Part shown: positions 19,368 to 29,429 of the stretch, piece by piece
Position numbering within the stretch: position 1 is the stretch's first letter
How the letters are laid out: every line of letters begins with the position of its first letter
From: a virus
Taxonomy: Duplodnaviria > Caudoviricetes
DNA length: 64,000 bases
Direction: 5' to 3' (one strand)
Virus record (IMG/VR): IMGVR_UViG_3300033802_000250
Made by a program: the position numbers and the translations under genes
The notes under the pieces: model-generated
Told to the model about the DNA's origin: nothing
Seen by the model: only the letters and a program-made list of their open reading frames with translations
Database searches by the model: none

Positions 19368-19709
19368 TTACGGAGTGCCCTCTTTATTTTCGACAAGCGT
19401 AAGTGGCGTATAGGTAACGTAATTCATAAACCGGAGATCAAGCGGGAAGCGCCCCTTTTGGTAAAGTTCCCGTATGTACTCCAGAATGCCGGGAATGTGG
19501 ATGTCCTCGAATCCGGCCTGCGTATAGAACGACTTGAAGCTGTTGCTTCCGATGTAGACGCGCGTGATCTTGTGCGCCGTCTCGCCCTCGAAGCATTTCC
19601 TCAGCTTCGCCTCGATTTTCGGAACTTCTTCGTCGATATCGAAATCGTGGTGAATCACCCACGCAAATCCTTCAATCTGCACTTCGTTCCCTGTGAGTGC
19701 GAAGTTCAT
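19368..19709 (-). CDS. Hypothetical protein
   Basis: AGGAG SD; operonic. Confidence 0.6.
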   Translation of the reverse strand: MNFALTGNEVQIEGFAWVIHHDFDIDEEVPKIEAKLRKCFEGETAHKITRVYIGSNSFKSFYTQAGFEDIHIPGILEYIRELYQKGRFPLDLRFMNYVTYTPLTLVENKEGTP

Positions 19710-20316
19710 ACTTCAATTCTCCTTCTTCCGCCCCGACTTGTGTTTGGCCGGGGGCTCCGCTTACTTTGCTGTCGGGTTTGACCCAACGGCAGGATTGACG
19801 CTCACAACGGAGCGCGTACTGATCCGTGCCCGGCAGATGCTCCATATACATTTCACCGCCGCAATGGCACAGATGTTCTTGATCCATCTCGAAGAAGACG
19901 AGCGGTTTATGGTAAGCGAAATTCCACTTCCAGAAGGCGTCTTTCTCGCCGCACTCCTCGCAGACAACTTCGCATTCGGGCCGGTCGATCAAATCATATT
20001 GCACATCGTTCCACTCCGACGACGGGAATCCGACAGCAACGCCGTCTACTGACATCTGAAGCAGATATCCCTGTGCATGATCCTGTCCGATCTGAATATT
20101 CGGCGAACAAATCATCTTGTGCGCTTGTCCGCAATAAGGACACCTGAAGTGTAGATCCCGGGGCGGAACAACATGCGACATGTTCTTGATCCGTTGACGA
20201 CGGCGTTCCTGTTCCGATACTTCGTTGTTTTCAAGAAACTGCTCGTGATAATAACGGATCTGGAACTTGTGTTTGAACGGCAGTTTATTCCAAAGCCCCT
20301 TCAACCAGTTCAACAT
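19672..20316 (-). CDS. Hypothetical multi-zinc-finger protein
   Basis: CPYC, CEEC, CHC, CERQSC. Confidence 0.6.
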   Translation of the reverse strand: MLNWLKGLWNKLPFKHKFQIRYYHEQFLENNEVSEQERRRQRIKNMSHVVPPRDLHFRCPYCGQAHKMICSPNIQIGQDHAQGYLLQMSVDGVAVGFPSSEWNDVQYDLIDRPECEVVCEECGEKDAFWKWNFAYHKPLVFFEMDQEHLCHCGGEMYMEHLPGTDQYALRCERQSCRWVKPDSKVSGAPGQTQVGAEEGELKYELRTHRERSAD

Positions 20317-20322
20317 CAGGTA

Positions 20323-20676
20323 TCACTCCTTGATACGGGCTTCTCTGATCACTCCGGTTTCCCGATTCAGAACAAGCCCGATATTTCTTGGGATGCCGAG
20401 TTCCGCACGGATCTCATCCCAAACCGCTCGTTCTTCCAAAAAGATAGTTCCAAGTTCTTGCGTCATCATGGACAGCATTCCTTGGACTCCTTCGCGTTTC
20501 GCTTCAATCTTCCGCATTTTGTCCAGCAAGCTCGGCGGACATTGGTGCGTTTTTCCCGGGACAATCTGCGGAACCTTATCCCCCTCGACAGTCGTTACCG
20601 TCTTGACGCCGAAATGGCTCCAAAAGCCAAGCAGTTTTTCGACGATTTTCACAATGAATGCCTCCTTATACTTCAT
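20323..20676 (-). CDS. Hypothetical protein
   Basis: Likely start MKYKEAF overlapping the upstream stop. Confidence 0.5.
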   Translation of the reverse strand: MKYKEAFIVKIVEKLLGFWSHFGVKTVTTVEGDKVPQIVPGKTHQCPPSLLDKMRKIEAKREGVQGMLSMMTQELGTIFLEERAVWDEIRAELGIPRNIGLVLNRETGVIREARIKE

Positions 20677-21187
20677 GATACCAGCCAAGTACATGATTGC
20701 GAATGCGTAACTGCTTCTCGTGCGTATCAACCCATTGTGTGGAGAACCACTCGGCTTTCGTGTACTCCTCCACCATAATCGGTTCCCCCGTATCTTCCGT
20801 CGTTTCAACGGGCGGATCCACTGTTGTATCCCAAAAGAGCGGATTCCCATCCGCATCTTTTTTCTGTACCTCGACTTTGGTGTTTTCTCGATACGGGATA
20901 GGATCCAGATCCGGGATAACCGGTGCATCTTTGATGATTTCAAAGTGAGGCCAATACACATACCGGGCACAGATGGGCGTGCCGTCTTCCTGAATCAATT
21001 GGTAATCGCAATGGATACCTTCACTTGGTTTCAGTTCGCAGACGGCCCGCCGTTCATTCTTGAGCCCGTGTTCAAAGAACCGATTTTTGAAGTAGTCGCA
21101 TTGATTATCAGCTTCCGTTGGGGTGGTGTAGCCGCGTGTGCGATCAAGACTCCCATTCAATTTCGGTCTCATCGTCAACAATCCCAT
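20666..21187 (-). CDS. Hypothetical protein
   Basis: Cys-containing 173-aa ORF. Confidence 0.55.
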   Translation of the reverse strand: MGLLTMRPKLNGSLDRTRGYTTPTEADNQCDYFKNRFFEHGLKNERRAVCELKPSEGIHCDYQLIQEDGTPICARYVYWPHFEIIKDAPVIPDLDPIPYRENTKVEVQKKDADGNPLFWDTTVDPPVETTEDTGEPIMVEEYTKAEWFSTQWVDTHEKQLRIRNHVLGWYHEV

Positions 21188-21857
21188 CGTCAGGCTGAAG
21201 GTCTTGCTCCCTCAGCACCGTTTTCCCGCTGACAAGTTGGCTAATAAACGTCTTGTCGGCAGTTTGCGCCAGATGCGGCTGGTGCGTCACCATGATAATT
21301 TGGCGATCAAATGTCTTGCCGATGAAGTCAACGAACTCGCCAAACTTCACGATGTAATCCTCTGATACGTGCTTGCCCGGCTCATCGAGCAAGATCGGGC
21401 CTTGTATCTTAGGATTATTATATACCACCATCGTTGCCACTTGGAGTGCCGTTGCGACAATGTCATTTACGCCACCGCCGCGCGAATCCTGCGGCTCGTT
21501 CTTGATCTTCTCGCCATTCGGATTCTCACTGACAACATAGAAGTTGGCAACCGGTTTTCCGCCGGATTCGGCCAGTTCGATCTCGAAGGTGAAGGACGGC
21601 CCGAATACGGATTGTAATGCCTTCGTAACAACCTTCTCCATCCGTTGCCTGCCGGATTCCCGGGCGGCATCGGCGGTTGCGATCAGCGTCGAAACCACCT
21701 TCTCCAGATGGAGTTTGGTTTGAGCCCGCTTGTCGATTTTGTCCTGCTCCGCATCGCGTTCCTCCACAAGCAGATCATGGGCCGCCTGCCGCTGAGCGTA
21801 ATGCTTCTCCAATTCGTGGAGCCGCGTTTTAAACAACTCCGTGTAATGGCTCGCCAT
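21144..21857 (-). CDS. C-terminal half of Rad50/SbcC ABC-ATPase
   Basis: Coiled coil, then SRGGG signature, Walker B ILLDEP and H-loop VTHQ; no Walker A. Confidence 0.85.
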   Translation of the reverse strand: MASHYTELFKTRLHELEKHYAQRQAAHDLLVEERDAEQDKIDKRAQTKLHLEKVVSTLIATADAARESGRQRMEKVVTKALQSVFGPSFTFEIELAESGGKPVANFYVVSENPNGEKIKNEPQDSRGGGVNDIVATALQVATMVVYNNPKIQGPILLDEPGKHVSEDYIVKFGEFVDFIGKTFDRQIIMVTHQPHLAQTADKTFISQLVSGKTVLREQDLQPDDGIVDDETEIEWES

Positions 21858-22555
21858 CAGAACACCTCCATTCTGTGAAAGACGACCTCCAGCTTATCAA
21901 GTGCCTTCGGCTTGTTGAAACGAATAGCATTTGCGATACGTTGCTCCCATTGTTCGGCGTGCGAAGGATCGCGAAGTTCAAATTCTGGATCCACCCGAAG
22001 CAGGATCGACACCTGCCGTGGATAATCCATGAATAGCGTCTGCACCGACGCAATGCCTTCGATGGAAGTCAGCGCATGAACCAGTGTATCCATGAAACTG
22101 ACATTGACGACGTTATGCTCAATCGGCTGTTCTTCTTCCTGTGTTTGGCTTGCCCGCCGCTCAACAACCTTTAGGAACTGTTCGTAGATGACATCCATGA
22201 GGAACTGGTAATCATCTTCGCTGAGTTCAAAATGCTCGCCGAGCGGCGATGAGGTGTGCCTTATCATGTTTCGGATAACCTGCTGGAGCAACTTCCGGTT
22301 GTTGATGTACGCCAATTGTCCATCGGCATAATATGCGTTGTAATCCTCGAAGAACGGCTTACCCGAATTAGGCTTGGTAGTTACGTGGTACATTCCGCCA
22401 TTGGTTTGGACAAATCCATCCAATGAATCGAACACCTGTTGCTTGATGTTCTTGAACAGATCGTCCACGTTTACGTTAAGGGACTGAAGAAATTCTGTAC
22501 CGCCACTGTTGCTGTTTGATTTCTCTGGCGGCTCATTCGTCCTCGTCGTCTTCAT
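21857..22555 (-). CDS. Hypothetical protein
   Basis: Open frame to 22579; start uncertain. Confidence 0.55.
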   Translation of the reverse strand: MKTTRTNEPPEKSNSNSGGTEFLQSLNVNVDDLFKNIKQQVFDSLDGFVQTNGGMYHVTTKPNSGKPFFEDYNAYYADGQLAYINNRKLLQQVIRNMIRHTSSPLGEHFELSEDDYQFLMDVIYEQFLKVVERRASQTQEEEQPIEHNVVNVSFMDTLVHALTSIEGIASVQTLFMDYPRQVSILLRVDPEFELRDPSHAEQWEQRIANAIRFNKPKALDKLEVVFHRMEVF

Positions 22556-22796
22556 CGTCATCACCCGGCAGGCATTCACGGATGGACTCGATGGTTTGTT
22601 CGAGTTCCCTTTCCTTCTCCTCGATGGCCTTCTTCAGATCCTTGGGGTCAATTCCCTTCGCCTTCAGCCGGTCGATGGCCGCCTGACGGCGCTTCTTCGC
22701 TTCCTCCAGTCGGGTGCTGATCTTGGTTTGCTCCGTTTGCGCCGATTGAAGTTCGCGCTTGACTTCCTTCAGTTCTTGTTCCCACGTTTTTGCCAT
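22533..22796 (-). CDS. Small coiled-coil protein of the SbcCD-like locus
   Basis: Heptad pattern, acidic tail, GGGAGG SD. Confidence 0.65.
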   Translation of the reverse strand: MAKTWEQELKEVKRELQSAQTEQTKISTRLEEAKKRRQAAIDRLKAKGIDPKDLKKAIEEKERELEQTIESIRECLPGDDDEDDEDE

Positions 22797-23008
22797 GCTG
22801 GATACCTCCCTATTTTCTTCACTACAAGATTGTCGCCGATGGTAATCGGCGGTTGTTTGGCTTCTGTGCCATCGTCATTCAGCAGTTGAATGCGTAGCAA
22901 GGTAACGTTGGGATTGAGGGATGGAAAGGTGCGCAACACCCTCCACCCCCTGTTTTCGAGAAAGGGATGCCGGATGCGGATGACATCATCAACATCATAC
23001 AGCATCAA
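22769..23008 (-). CDS. Hypothetical protein
   Basis: 79-aa ORF coupled to neighbours. Confidence 0.45.
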   Translation of the reverse strand: MMLYDVDDVIRIRHPFLENRGWRVLRTFPSLNPNVTLLRIQLLNDDGTEAKQPPITIGDNLVVKKIGRYPAWQKRGNKN

Positions 23009-25313
23009 TCACATGCTCCATATGCTCGGCATCCAAATCTTGCCGACACATCGGACATTTGTTGCCGAGCCGCGCAAAGATATCTTTGACCTTTGTTTGA
23101 AGCGACGTTTCAATGTCCCTCCAATAATCCAGCGATTCATTGAAGGTGCGAATATCCGCATCCGCCGAATTCAACTCGTCATGAAGCTGTCGGAGTTCAT
23201 AGAGTCCATCCATGAGGGCTTCGGCTTGCTCGACAAGAGTCTGCGCCTGCGACAAATCGCCGAAGCGGGATAACTGCTTCTCGTATGTGGAGACGGCGTC
23301 TTCCGCTTCAACCAGATCGGCGTACATCTCCTCAAGCTCATTTAGCTCCCGCGTAAGCTCCTCTGCCTTCTGGAAGTTTTGCTCCGCTTCATCCAGACGG
23401 TCAAAAGCCCGCAGGCGCTCCGTATACACCTTCACATCGCGGCTGGCCTCCGCCAAATCGTCAGCCATGATCTCCAGATCCCGGAGTTCTTCCGCCATGC
23501 GTTCCGCCTTCTCCAGCCGCTTCTCGGCTTTTGGCAGATCGGCGAACTCCTTGAGTTGTTTCTTGTAGGTGACGATGTCATTGTCCGCGCTAGCGATCTC
23601 GGCCTGCATGTCGCGCAGTTCGTCGAGTTCTTTCTCCTGCCGCTCCAGCTTTTGAATCAGAAGCGTCGCAAGATCAATTTGCTGTTTGAGTTGCGGAAGG
23701 TCGTCGTATTCCTTGAGCTTTTCGTTGAGTTCTTCAATCCGCTTTTCTGCGGCATTGATGTCTTTGGTCAGGTTCAGGAGATCTTTGCGCTTTTCTTTGA
23801 TTGCACTATCGACAAAATGCACGCCTGTAAGTCGTCCAATAACAGCCGCTCTAACTGAAGGCGGCTCCGAGAGCAGGAAATGTCCATCCAATTGATACGC
23901 AAAGTTGAGAGAACGCTCAATTCCCGGAGCGAGTTCAACTCTTGGCATCTGGTGTGTATTTGCCACATCAATTGGAATATTGTTAGAGAAACCCTTGAAC
24001 TCCTGCGTCTTCCCGTGAGCGTCACCCACAATGTAGCTTCCTGCGTCGGAGTTAGTGCGCGTTCTTGTAATAAAAGAACCATCGCTGAAACGAACAGTGA
24101 CCGTAGCTCTGGACTCGCCATGCCGGATAAAATCCGATCCCTTGGGCTCGTTGTAAAGCGCCCAACGGAGAGCCCGAATAATGGCCGATTTTCCACTATC
24201 ACTCGCCCCCGTAATTGCATTGAGTCCCTTCGGTGAGAACTCGATCTTCGTATGCTTGTGGCTTTGGAAATTTTCGATCTCGATCTCGGTGATTGCAATC
24301 GAGCGGCGTTTCTCGATGTAGCCGTCGAGCTTATTGTCTTGAATAGCCTTTTCGGCTTCAACAATGGCCTCGAACGCCGCATCCAGAACATCCTGCTCGA
24401 TGTTGTTGCTCTTGGACAGTTCAGCCAGCACGTCTTTCGGATCGAAGGCATCGAACGTCATAGCATCCGCAATCGTTTGCTCGAACGCTTCCAGATAACG
24501 CTCATGCACCTTTGCTTCGTCGATGGGCGTGCGGTCAAATACCTCATCGCCCGGCATCGCCGTTGCGTATTCCACGAACGTCACGTCGATCTTCTTCTTC
24601 GTAGCCTCGATGATCGCGTACTGCGGAATCCGGTCGATGTTGCCTTTAGAGCCTTCGTCACGCCCGGTGGAACCGGGGTTTCCGAAAATCGTGCCGTTCT
24701 CCTCGTGGATTTCCATACCCGGATGATAATGACCATTCAGAACGACATGCGCTTTGGTGCGCACATCCTTCGTCAGCGTGTGGCGCACATCCGGGTGGAA
24801 CGGTTTCTGGAGCAACATGCCGTGCGAAAACAGCACGTTCCATCTGGCATTGTATGACGGATCCACTTGGTAATCAGCCGGGCTCGTATCAATGTCTTTG
24901 TCGTATTCCCGGCCAAAGATTTCGACCGTCACGCCTTTGGCGTCGGTCAGAAGGTAACTGCGTTTGCGCGTCAGCAGTTTGACAAGGCCAGACTCCGACA
25001 GGACACCAATGGCCGTTTGGTCGATGGTGTCCATCGAATACCCGAATAGGTCGTGATTGCCGGGCACAAGATAGATCGGAATGCCAAGCTCACGGATGCG
25101 CCGGAAGATCTTCGCGTATTGTACGATGATCGAAAACGCGACGCGCGGCGTATCAAACAAGTCGCCGCCGAAGACAACCGCGTCCGGCTTCTCGTAGATG
25201 CACGCTTGCTCGAACTCCAGCATCTTCTTGTACAGCGCCAACGGATAATCGTCGATCCGGGATCCGGGGTTTCGGCCTTTGATGTGGTGGTCTGTAGCGT
25301 ACAGGATCTTCAT
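22995..25313 (-). CDS. Fusion of Mre11/SbcD nuclease with the N-terminal half of Rad50/SbcC
   Basis: TDHH, GGDLFD, GNHD, HG, GHYH phosphoesterase motifs; then IENFQSH...GASDSGKS Walker A, coiled coil and terminal CPMC zinc hook. Confidence 0.88.
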   Translation of the reverse strand: MKILYATDHHIKGRNPGSRIDDYPLALYKKMLEFEQACIYEKPDAVVFGGDLFDTPRVAFSIIVQYAKIFRRIRELGIPIYLVPGNHDLFGYSMDTIDQTAIGVLSESGLVKLLTRKRSYLLTDAKGVTVEIFGREYDKDIDTSPADYQVDPSYNARWNVLFSHGMLLQKPFHPDVRHTLTKDVRTKAHVVLNGHYHPGMEIHEENGTIFGNPGSTGRDEGSKGNIDRIPQYAIIEATKKKIDVTFVEYATAMPGDEVFDRTPIDEAKVHERYLEAFEQTIADAMTFDAFDPKDVLAELSKSNNIEQDVLDAAFEAIVEAEKAIQDNKLDGYIEKRRSIAITEIEIENFQSHKHTKIEFSPKGLNAITGASDSGKSAIIRALRWALYNEPKGSDFIRHGESRATVTVRFSDGSFITRTRTNSDAGSYIVGDAHGKTQEFKGFSNNIPIDVANTHQMPRVELAPGIERSLNFAYQLDGHFLLSEPPSVRAAVIGRLTGVHFVDSAIKEKRKDLLNLTKDINAAEKRIEELNEKLKEYDDLPQLKQQIDLATLLIQKLERQEKELDELRDMQAEIASADNDIVTYKKQLKEFADLPKAEKRLEKAERMAEELRDLEIMADDLAEASRDVKVYTERLRAFDRLDEAEQNFQKAEELTRELNELEEMYADLVEAEDAVSTYEKQLSRFGDLSQAQTLVEQAEALMDGLYELRQLHDELNSADADIRTFNESLDYWRDIETSLQTKVKDIFARLGNKCPMCRQDLDAEHMEHVIDAV

Positions 25314-25332
25314 GACTTCGCCTCCTTATTGT

Positions 25333-25698
25333 TTACTGTTCGCCGTCGCACTCCTCATACCCGATAATCTCGATGCCAACCAAATAGCTTTGCGCTTCCT
25401 CCAAATCAAGTTCGATTGGGCTTTTGGTCGGGTGAGTCAACCGGATATATTCGACCTCGACGTACTTCCCTTCTTCGTCTTCATATGGGATGCAATGCGC
25501 GGCATTCTTGCCGCGTTCCATACACACGACAAGACCGGTGGACAAATCGGTGAAGTTGCCGAGAATGTCGCCACCGTAGCAGTCGCCGCCGAGTTCGCTG
25601 ATGACTTCTGCGCGATGTTCCCCGCAAAGGAACTTGAGCAGTACGGTGTGTTTGACGATGTCGGCCTCAATGTCCGGCGCATCATACTTCTGAAGCAT
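25333..25698 (-). CDS. Hypothetical protein
   Basis: Operonic ORF with SD. Confidence 0.55.
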   Translation of the reverse strand: MLQKYDAPDIEADIVKHTVLLKFLCGEHRAEVISELGGDCYGGDILGNFTDLSTGLVVCMERGKNAAHCIPYEDEEGKYVEVEYIRLTHPTKSPIELDLEEAQSYLVGIEIIGYEECDGEQ

Positions 25699-26125
25699 CG
25701 TCCAGACCTCCTTCTTCGGCGGCGCATTCCTTTTCCGCTTCTGCGATTTGTTTTAGCGCCTTAACATACCACACGTTGCTGATTTCTTCATCGGTGATGT
25801 CCTTGAGTTGATCCTGACTTTCGATGCGGCTCCACCAGCTTTCGCAACCATAAATGATTTTGTTGAGGTCGGGCACGAACATGGCGGGGTTGTGCAACGC
25901 AAAGTCGATCTCCAGCTTCTTGGTTTCCTGATTGTAAACCGCACGGATAGATTGCGCAACATCACCGATGTAGACGCCAAGGTATGTCTTGTTGCCGTAT
26001 TCCCCGCCTGCCGGACGCACGCGAACCAAATCGCCGACTTTACAACCGTATTCCCGGGATTCGATGGCACGGCCCTGACCCCAATCAATACCATGAATTT
26101 CAATCGGATACTGGATTTTTGGCAT
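25682..26125 (-). CDS. Hypothetical phage-type protein
   Basis: AGGAGG SD; KTYLGVYIGD...NPAMFVPDL...GCESWW. Confidence 0.65.
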   Translation of the reverse strand: MPKIQYPIEIHGIDWGQGRAIESREYGCKVGDLVRVRPAGGEYGNKTYLGVYIGDVAQSIRAVYNQETKKLEIDFALHNPAMFVPDLNKIIYGCESWWSRIESQDQLKDITDEEISNVWYVKALKQIAEAEKECAAEEGGLDDASEV

Positions 26126-26136
26126 ATGAGTCCTCC

Positions 26137-26439
26137 TTAATGAACGTGATACAGTGGAATACCTGTGATGCGGGCAAAAGTATCCATCACCTCGTTCACG
26201 AAGTGATCGTTGTCCTCCTTGGGCCTATGGAAGCTGATATGAATGCCAGCCGAATCGGTGTCTGCGCTGACGCCCTCGATGGTAAAAACAATCAGCACGG
26301 CTTGTTTGCCGTTGCTCACAGCGATTCTGAATACTTGGTCGGTCTCCAGTTCGCTATCATCAGCCTCGACATCGTACCCCGCATCGTAGTAGTATTCGAT
26401 GAACTCCGTCAGCTTCTCGCCCAATTCTTCATAACCCAC
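26137..26439 (-). CDS. Hypothetical acidic protein
   Basis: GTG start just downstream of the repeated promoter motif. Confidence 0.55.
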   Translation of the reverse strand: MGYEELGEKLTEFIEYYYDAGYDVEADDSELETDQVFRIAVSNGKQAVLIVFTIEGVSADTDSAGIHISFHRPKEDNDHFVNEVMDTFARITGIPLYHVH

Positions 26440-26451
26440 GAGACCACCTTC

Positions 26452-26487
26452 GTTACATAATGTGTACCAAGAGGTAATGCATTATGC
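26452..26487 (-). promoter_or_regulatory. Promoter/operator repeat (GTTAC-N17-GTAAT with GCATA)
   Basis: Same motif as 35533 and 47853, with shorter -35 spacing. Confidence 0.5.
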
Positions 26488-26488
26488 C

Positions 26489-27001
26489 TCAGTCCCACTC
26501 AATCGGTTCGTCGTCGTCCCAAATGATGGGTTCATCATCGGGAATGACGCGCTTCTTTTTCTTCTTGATGGACTTGGCTTTTTCCTTCTTCTTCAGCAGT
26601 TTGATGTCGTCCAGACCGACGCGGTACATCCGATGGCCGGTTTCGTCATAGGGCTTGTCCAACTTTAACTGGATCGGGTACAAGAACGAAAACGGCAAGT
26701 CGTTGATCGAAATGTATTCGACCGTTCCCTTGATGCCGAGCGACAAAACCTTCACGCGGTCGCCGACTTTCGGTACGAAATACCTTCTGCTCATCTGCTT
26801 CACCAACTCTCCGACAAAATCAGGATCGAGCATGATGGATGGTGTCCACGCTTCGGTTTTGGTTCCATCCTCCCACTCTACATCTACCCGTGACAACGGA
26901 GAAAAGATCTTCGGCACGCCGGTCACGACTCCTTTGCGCCGCCATACCCGATCCATCACCCGGTCGCCGACATAATAATGACCGCGTTTGCGCTTCATCA
27001 T
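26489..27001 (-). CDS. Hypothetical protein with two SH3/KOW-like repeats and a K-rich/acidic tail
   Basis: VGDRV...GVV occurs twice. Confidence 0.6.
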   Translation of the reverse strand: MMKRKRGHYYVGDRVMDRVWRRKGVVTGVPKIFSPLSRVDVEWEDGTKTEAWTPSIMLDPDFVGELVKQMSRRYFVPKVGDRVKVLSLGIKGTVEYISINDLPFSFLYPIQLKLDKPYDETGHRMYRVGLDDIKLLKKKEKAKSIKKKKKRVIPDDEPIIWDDDEPIEWD

Positions 27002-27168
27002 TACACCTGCTTCCGTTTGGCGAAGCGATCCTCATCGGCTTTCACTTTGCGCATCAGTTTATGGTAAACCTTGTGCGCCGTGATGTTGGTGATCGGCCTC
27101 GTGAATACGATGAAGGCGAGCGCGGTGCCGAGAAAGCTGAAAATCAGCGTTGACAGCCAGTGAGGCAT
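27001..27168 (-). CDS. Small membrane protein (55 aa)
   Basis: MPHWLSTLIFSFLGTALAFIVF...; AGGAGG SD; below the ORF-track length cutoff. Confidence 0.6.
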   Translation of the reverse strand: MPHWLSTLIFSFLGTALAFIVFTRPITNITAHKVYHKLMRKVKADEDRFAKRKQV

Positions 27169-27917
27169 CAATAATACCTCCTTTTGAACCCCTTGGGATT
27201 CATGAACTGATACTTGATAATCTCCCGGGTCTTAAAGTCGTAGGCATAAGCGATGCCTTTTTGCAGATCAACCATCGTCAGACGACAACCGAACCCGGCT
27301 CCGGTATCAATGCCCATTTTTCTCCGCTGACGCGAAAACCACACGGTCGCTTCATCCGACGAAATGTTGCGATGGATTTGGAATGTAGGGGTGTGCCCGA
27401 ACACAATCACCTGATCGAAGGTATGATACATATTCGGATTCCGCCAAGCATCGCATCCGTTGTACAGATACTCATGAAGCTGGCGGCCCATCGTCGGAAT
27501 GCGCGGGTCGATCCCGGCATGAACGAAGATGAAATCTTCGGTTTCATAATACGGAATGATCGCATCCAGCACCGTATTGATCGTCTCGTTGACATGATCG
27601 ACTCCATGTCTTTGCACGGCAAGTTCGATGGATTTGAGCGTCGTGATTCCGCCGACATCCGGCGATACAAAGAAATGATGCGGCAACTGACTTGTCCGAT
27701 ACTTCATGTACCAGATATCATGGTTGCCGCCGACGATCTTGCATCCTTCTTCGATCAATTGGGCGCATTCTTCAAACACACCCCACGAATCCAGTCCACG
27801 ATTGACCAGATCGCCGCAGATAATCATCTGCTCGGGATCCGGGTCAACGTAATCCAGAAGTTCAACGAACTGGCGTCCGTTGCCGTGGATGTCCGAGATT
27901 GCCCATCTGATTTCCAT
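27168..27917 (-). CDS. PPP-family Ser/Thr protein phosphatase (metallophosphoesterase)
   Basis: SDIHG, GDLVNRG, GNHD, VHAG, FGHTP, IDTG. Confidence 0.9.
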   Translation of the reverse strand: MEIRWAISDIHGNGRQFVELLDYVDPDPEQMIICGDLVNRGLDSWGVFEECAQLIEEGCKIVGGNHDIWYMKYRTSQLPHHFFVSPDVGGITTLKSIELAVQRHGVDHVNETINTVLDAIIPYYETEDFIFVHAGIDPRIPTMGRQLHEYLYNGCDAWRNPNMYHTFDQVIVFGHTPTFQIHRNISSDEATVWFSRQRRKMGIDTGAGFGCRLTMVDLQKGIAYAYDFKTREIIKYQFMNPKGFKRRYY

Positions 27918-27942
27918 TATGCTACCCTCCTCTAATTGGCGA

Positions 27943-27964
27943 GACCCCGCCAATTAGCGGGGTC
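27943..27964 (-). terminator. Hairpin after dUTPase
   Basis: GACCCCGC...GCGGGGTC inverted repeat. Confidence 0.45.
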
Positions 27965-28426
27965 TTACTTGCCGGATTCTCCGAAGCCTCCGTCGCCTCG
28001 ATCTGAGTTGCTCAAACGCTTGACGATGGCGTTGTAATCCTCCCGATTGTCCAGTTCTTCGATTTCCGTCGCCTCGGAAAACGGCATAAAGATCAATTGT
28101 GCAGGGCGAGTGCCCGCTTTGATCCGACGCGGCAGGAACGAAAGATTCGTGACAATGATGCCGATGTCGCCGTGATAGCCGTGATCGACCGTACCGGAAT
28201 GAACAAGCCAACCGTTCAGGCTTTCGCCGCTACGTCCTTTGATGCGGCCCAAATGTCCTGCGGGGATATGTACGCAGGCGTTGGACAAGACTTTGCGGGT
28301 CTGGAATGGCAGAAACCATTTGGTCTCAGCGGCAAACAGGTCATATCCCGCGTCTTTGCCCGGGCGTTTGTTCATGTATCCCGGTATGTCTTTTTTGAGA
28401 CGGTACATGTACGTCTTGAACTGCAT
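27965..28426 (-). CDS. dut: Trimeric dUTPase
   Basis: AGYDL, RSG, GTVDHGYHG, AQL, RGDGGFGESG. Confidence 0.95.
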   Translation of the reverse strand: MQFKTYMYRLKKDIPGYMNKRPGKDAGYDLFAAETKWFLPFQTRKVLSNACVHIPAGHLGRIKGRSGESLNGWLVHSGTVDHGYHGDIGIIVTNLSFLPRRIKAGTRPAQLIFMPFSEATEIEELDNREDYNAIVKRLSNSDRGDGGFGESGK

Positions 28427-28438
28427 GATGACCTCCTG

Positions 28439-28741
28439 TTACTTCTCCAGAATGTAGACGTAACGCTCATCCACGGGGTCTTTGAGGGCGATATTGAACT
28501 CCCGCAGTTCCATGTTGGCAAGAATTTGCGCGGCCTTCTCGATGACACCGGCCACGCGCTGACGATAAGCGGTGAGTTCTGCGTCGGCGGGAGTCGCATT
28601 TTGCAGGGTATAATCCGCAAACAGCAATCCCTTGTTTTTGCCGCTGGCGCGTTTCTTGATCCTCAGCGTTCGGATTTCACCCTTGCGCACATGGTTGGCA
28701 ATGCGGATGAGCGTATCCACAGTAACTTGTTCGCTTGGCAT
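28439..28741 (-). CDS. Hypothetical protein
   Basis: 100-aa operonic ORF. Confidence 0.55.
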   Translation of the reverse strand: MPSEQVTVDTLIRIANHVRKGEIRTLRIKKRASGKNKGLLFADYTLQNATPADAELTAYRQRVAGVIEKAAQILANMELREFNIALKDPVDERYVYILEK

Positions 28742-28803
28742 ATGGTCTCACATCCTATGCAGGAATTAGGGGGAGCGGGTTGGCTCCCCTGTCATTATAG
28801 CAT

Positions 28804-29412
28804 TTACGCGGCAGGGTCGTCCTCGTTTTCCTTCTCTTTGCGCTTGGCTTCGATACGCTGGATTTTCTTCTCCAGCCAATCCAGAAATTCTTCAGCCTGC
28901 GTTTGCAGAAGTTCGTTGAACTCCTCTGCCCCGGTTTGCTTTTCCATCCAAGTGTACAACTTGGCGTCGGATATCTTCGCGGCCTTTGCCATCCGCTTGA
29001 TCTTGCCGATGATTTTCGGGTCTGCCAGATCCGGCTCGTAAATGAGCAGTTCCTCCTTCGTAACCATGTCAATGTTGAGATAGTCACGAAGGGCGCGGCC
29101 TTTGGCCCGGGTGAGAGCCATGCGCGGCGCGTGCGGGCCGACCATTTTGTTGCAGTTGCGTTCGCTGGCGTCCGCTTCTTCCATGCCGACAATCTGGCCG
29201 TTCTTATCGTAGATCTCCGCGCGGGCAAAGGTTGTCCACTTGTTTTCCGCGCAGGGATACTGCGTAATATAGGCCCGGATGTGGCCGAAGTCGGGTTGCT
29301 GATGCGCCAGCGCCAGCAGGCCGGGATACTCCACAAATTCCTTGCCCTTGAGGTTCTTGATGTACTTCTTACGGAACTCATCCGTAAGCTCGGGGCGCTT
29401 CTTCTCGGCCAT
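28804..29412 (-). CDS. Putative Rad52/Sak-like single-strand annealing protein
   Basis: GLLALAH...MALTRAKGRALR motif resembles Rad52-fold annealases; recombination-gene context. Confidence 0.5.
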   Translation of the reverse strand: MAEKKRPELTDEFRKKYIKNLKGKEFVEYPGLLALAHQQPDFGHIRAYITQYPCAENKWTTFARAEIYDKNGQIVGMEEADASERNCNKMVGPHAPRMALTRAKGRALRDYLNIDMVTKEELLIYEPDLADPKIIGKIKRMAKAAKISDAKLYTWMEKQTGAEEFNELLQTQAEEFLDWLEKKIQRIEAKRKEKENEDDPAA

Positions 29413-29429
29413 TGATTTCATTCCCTTCT

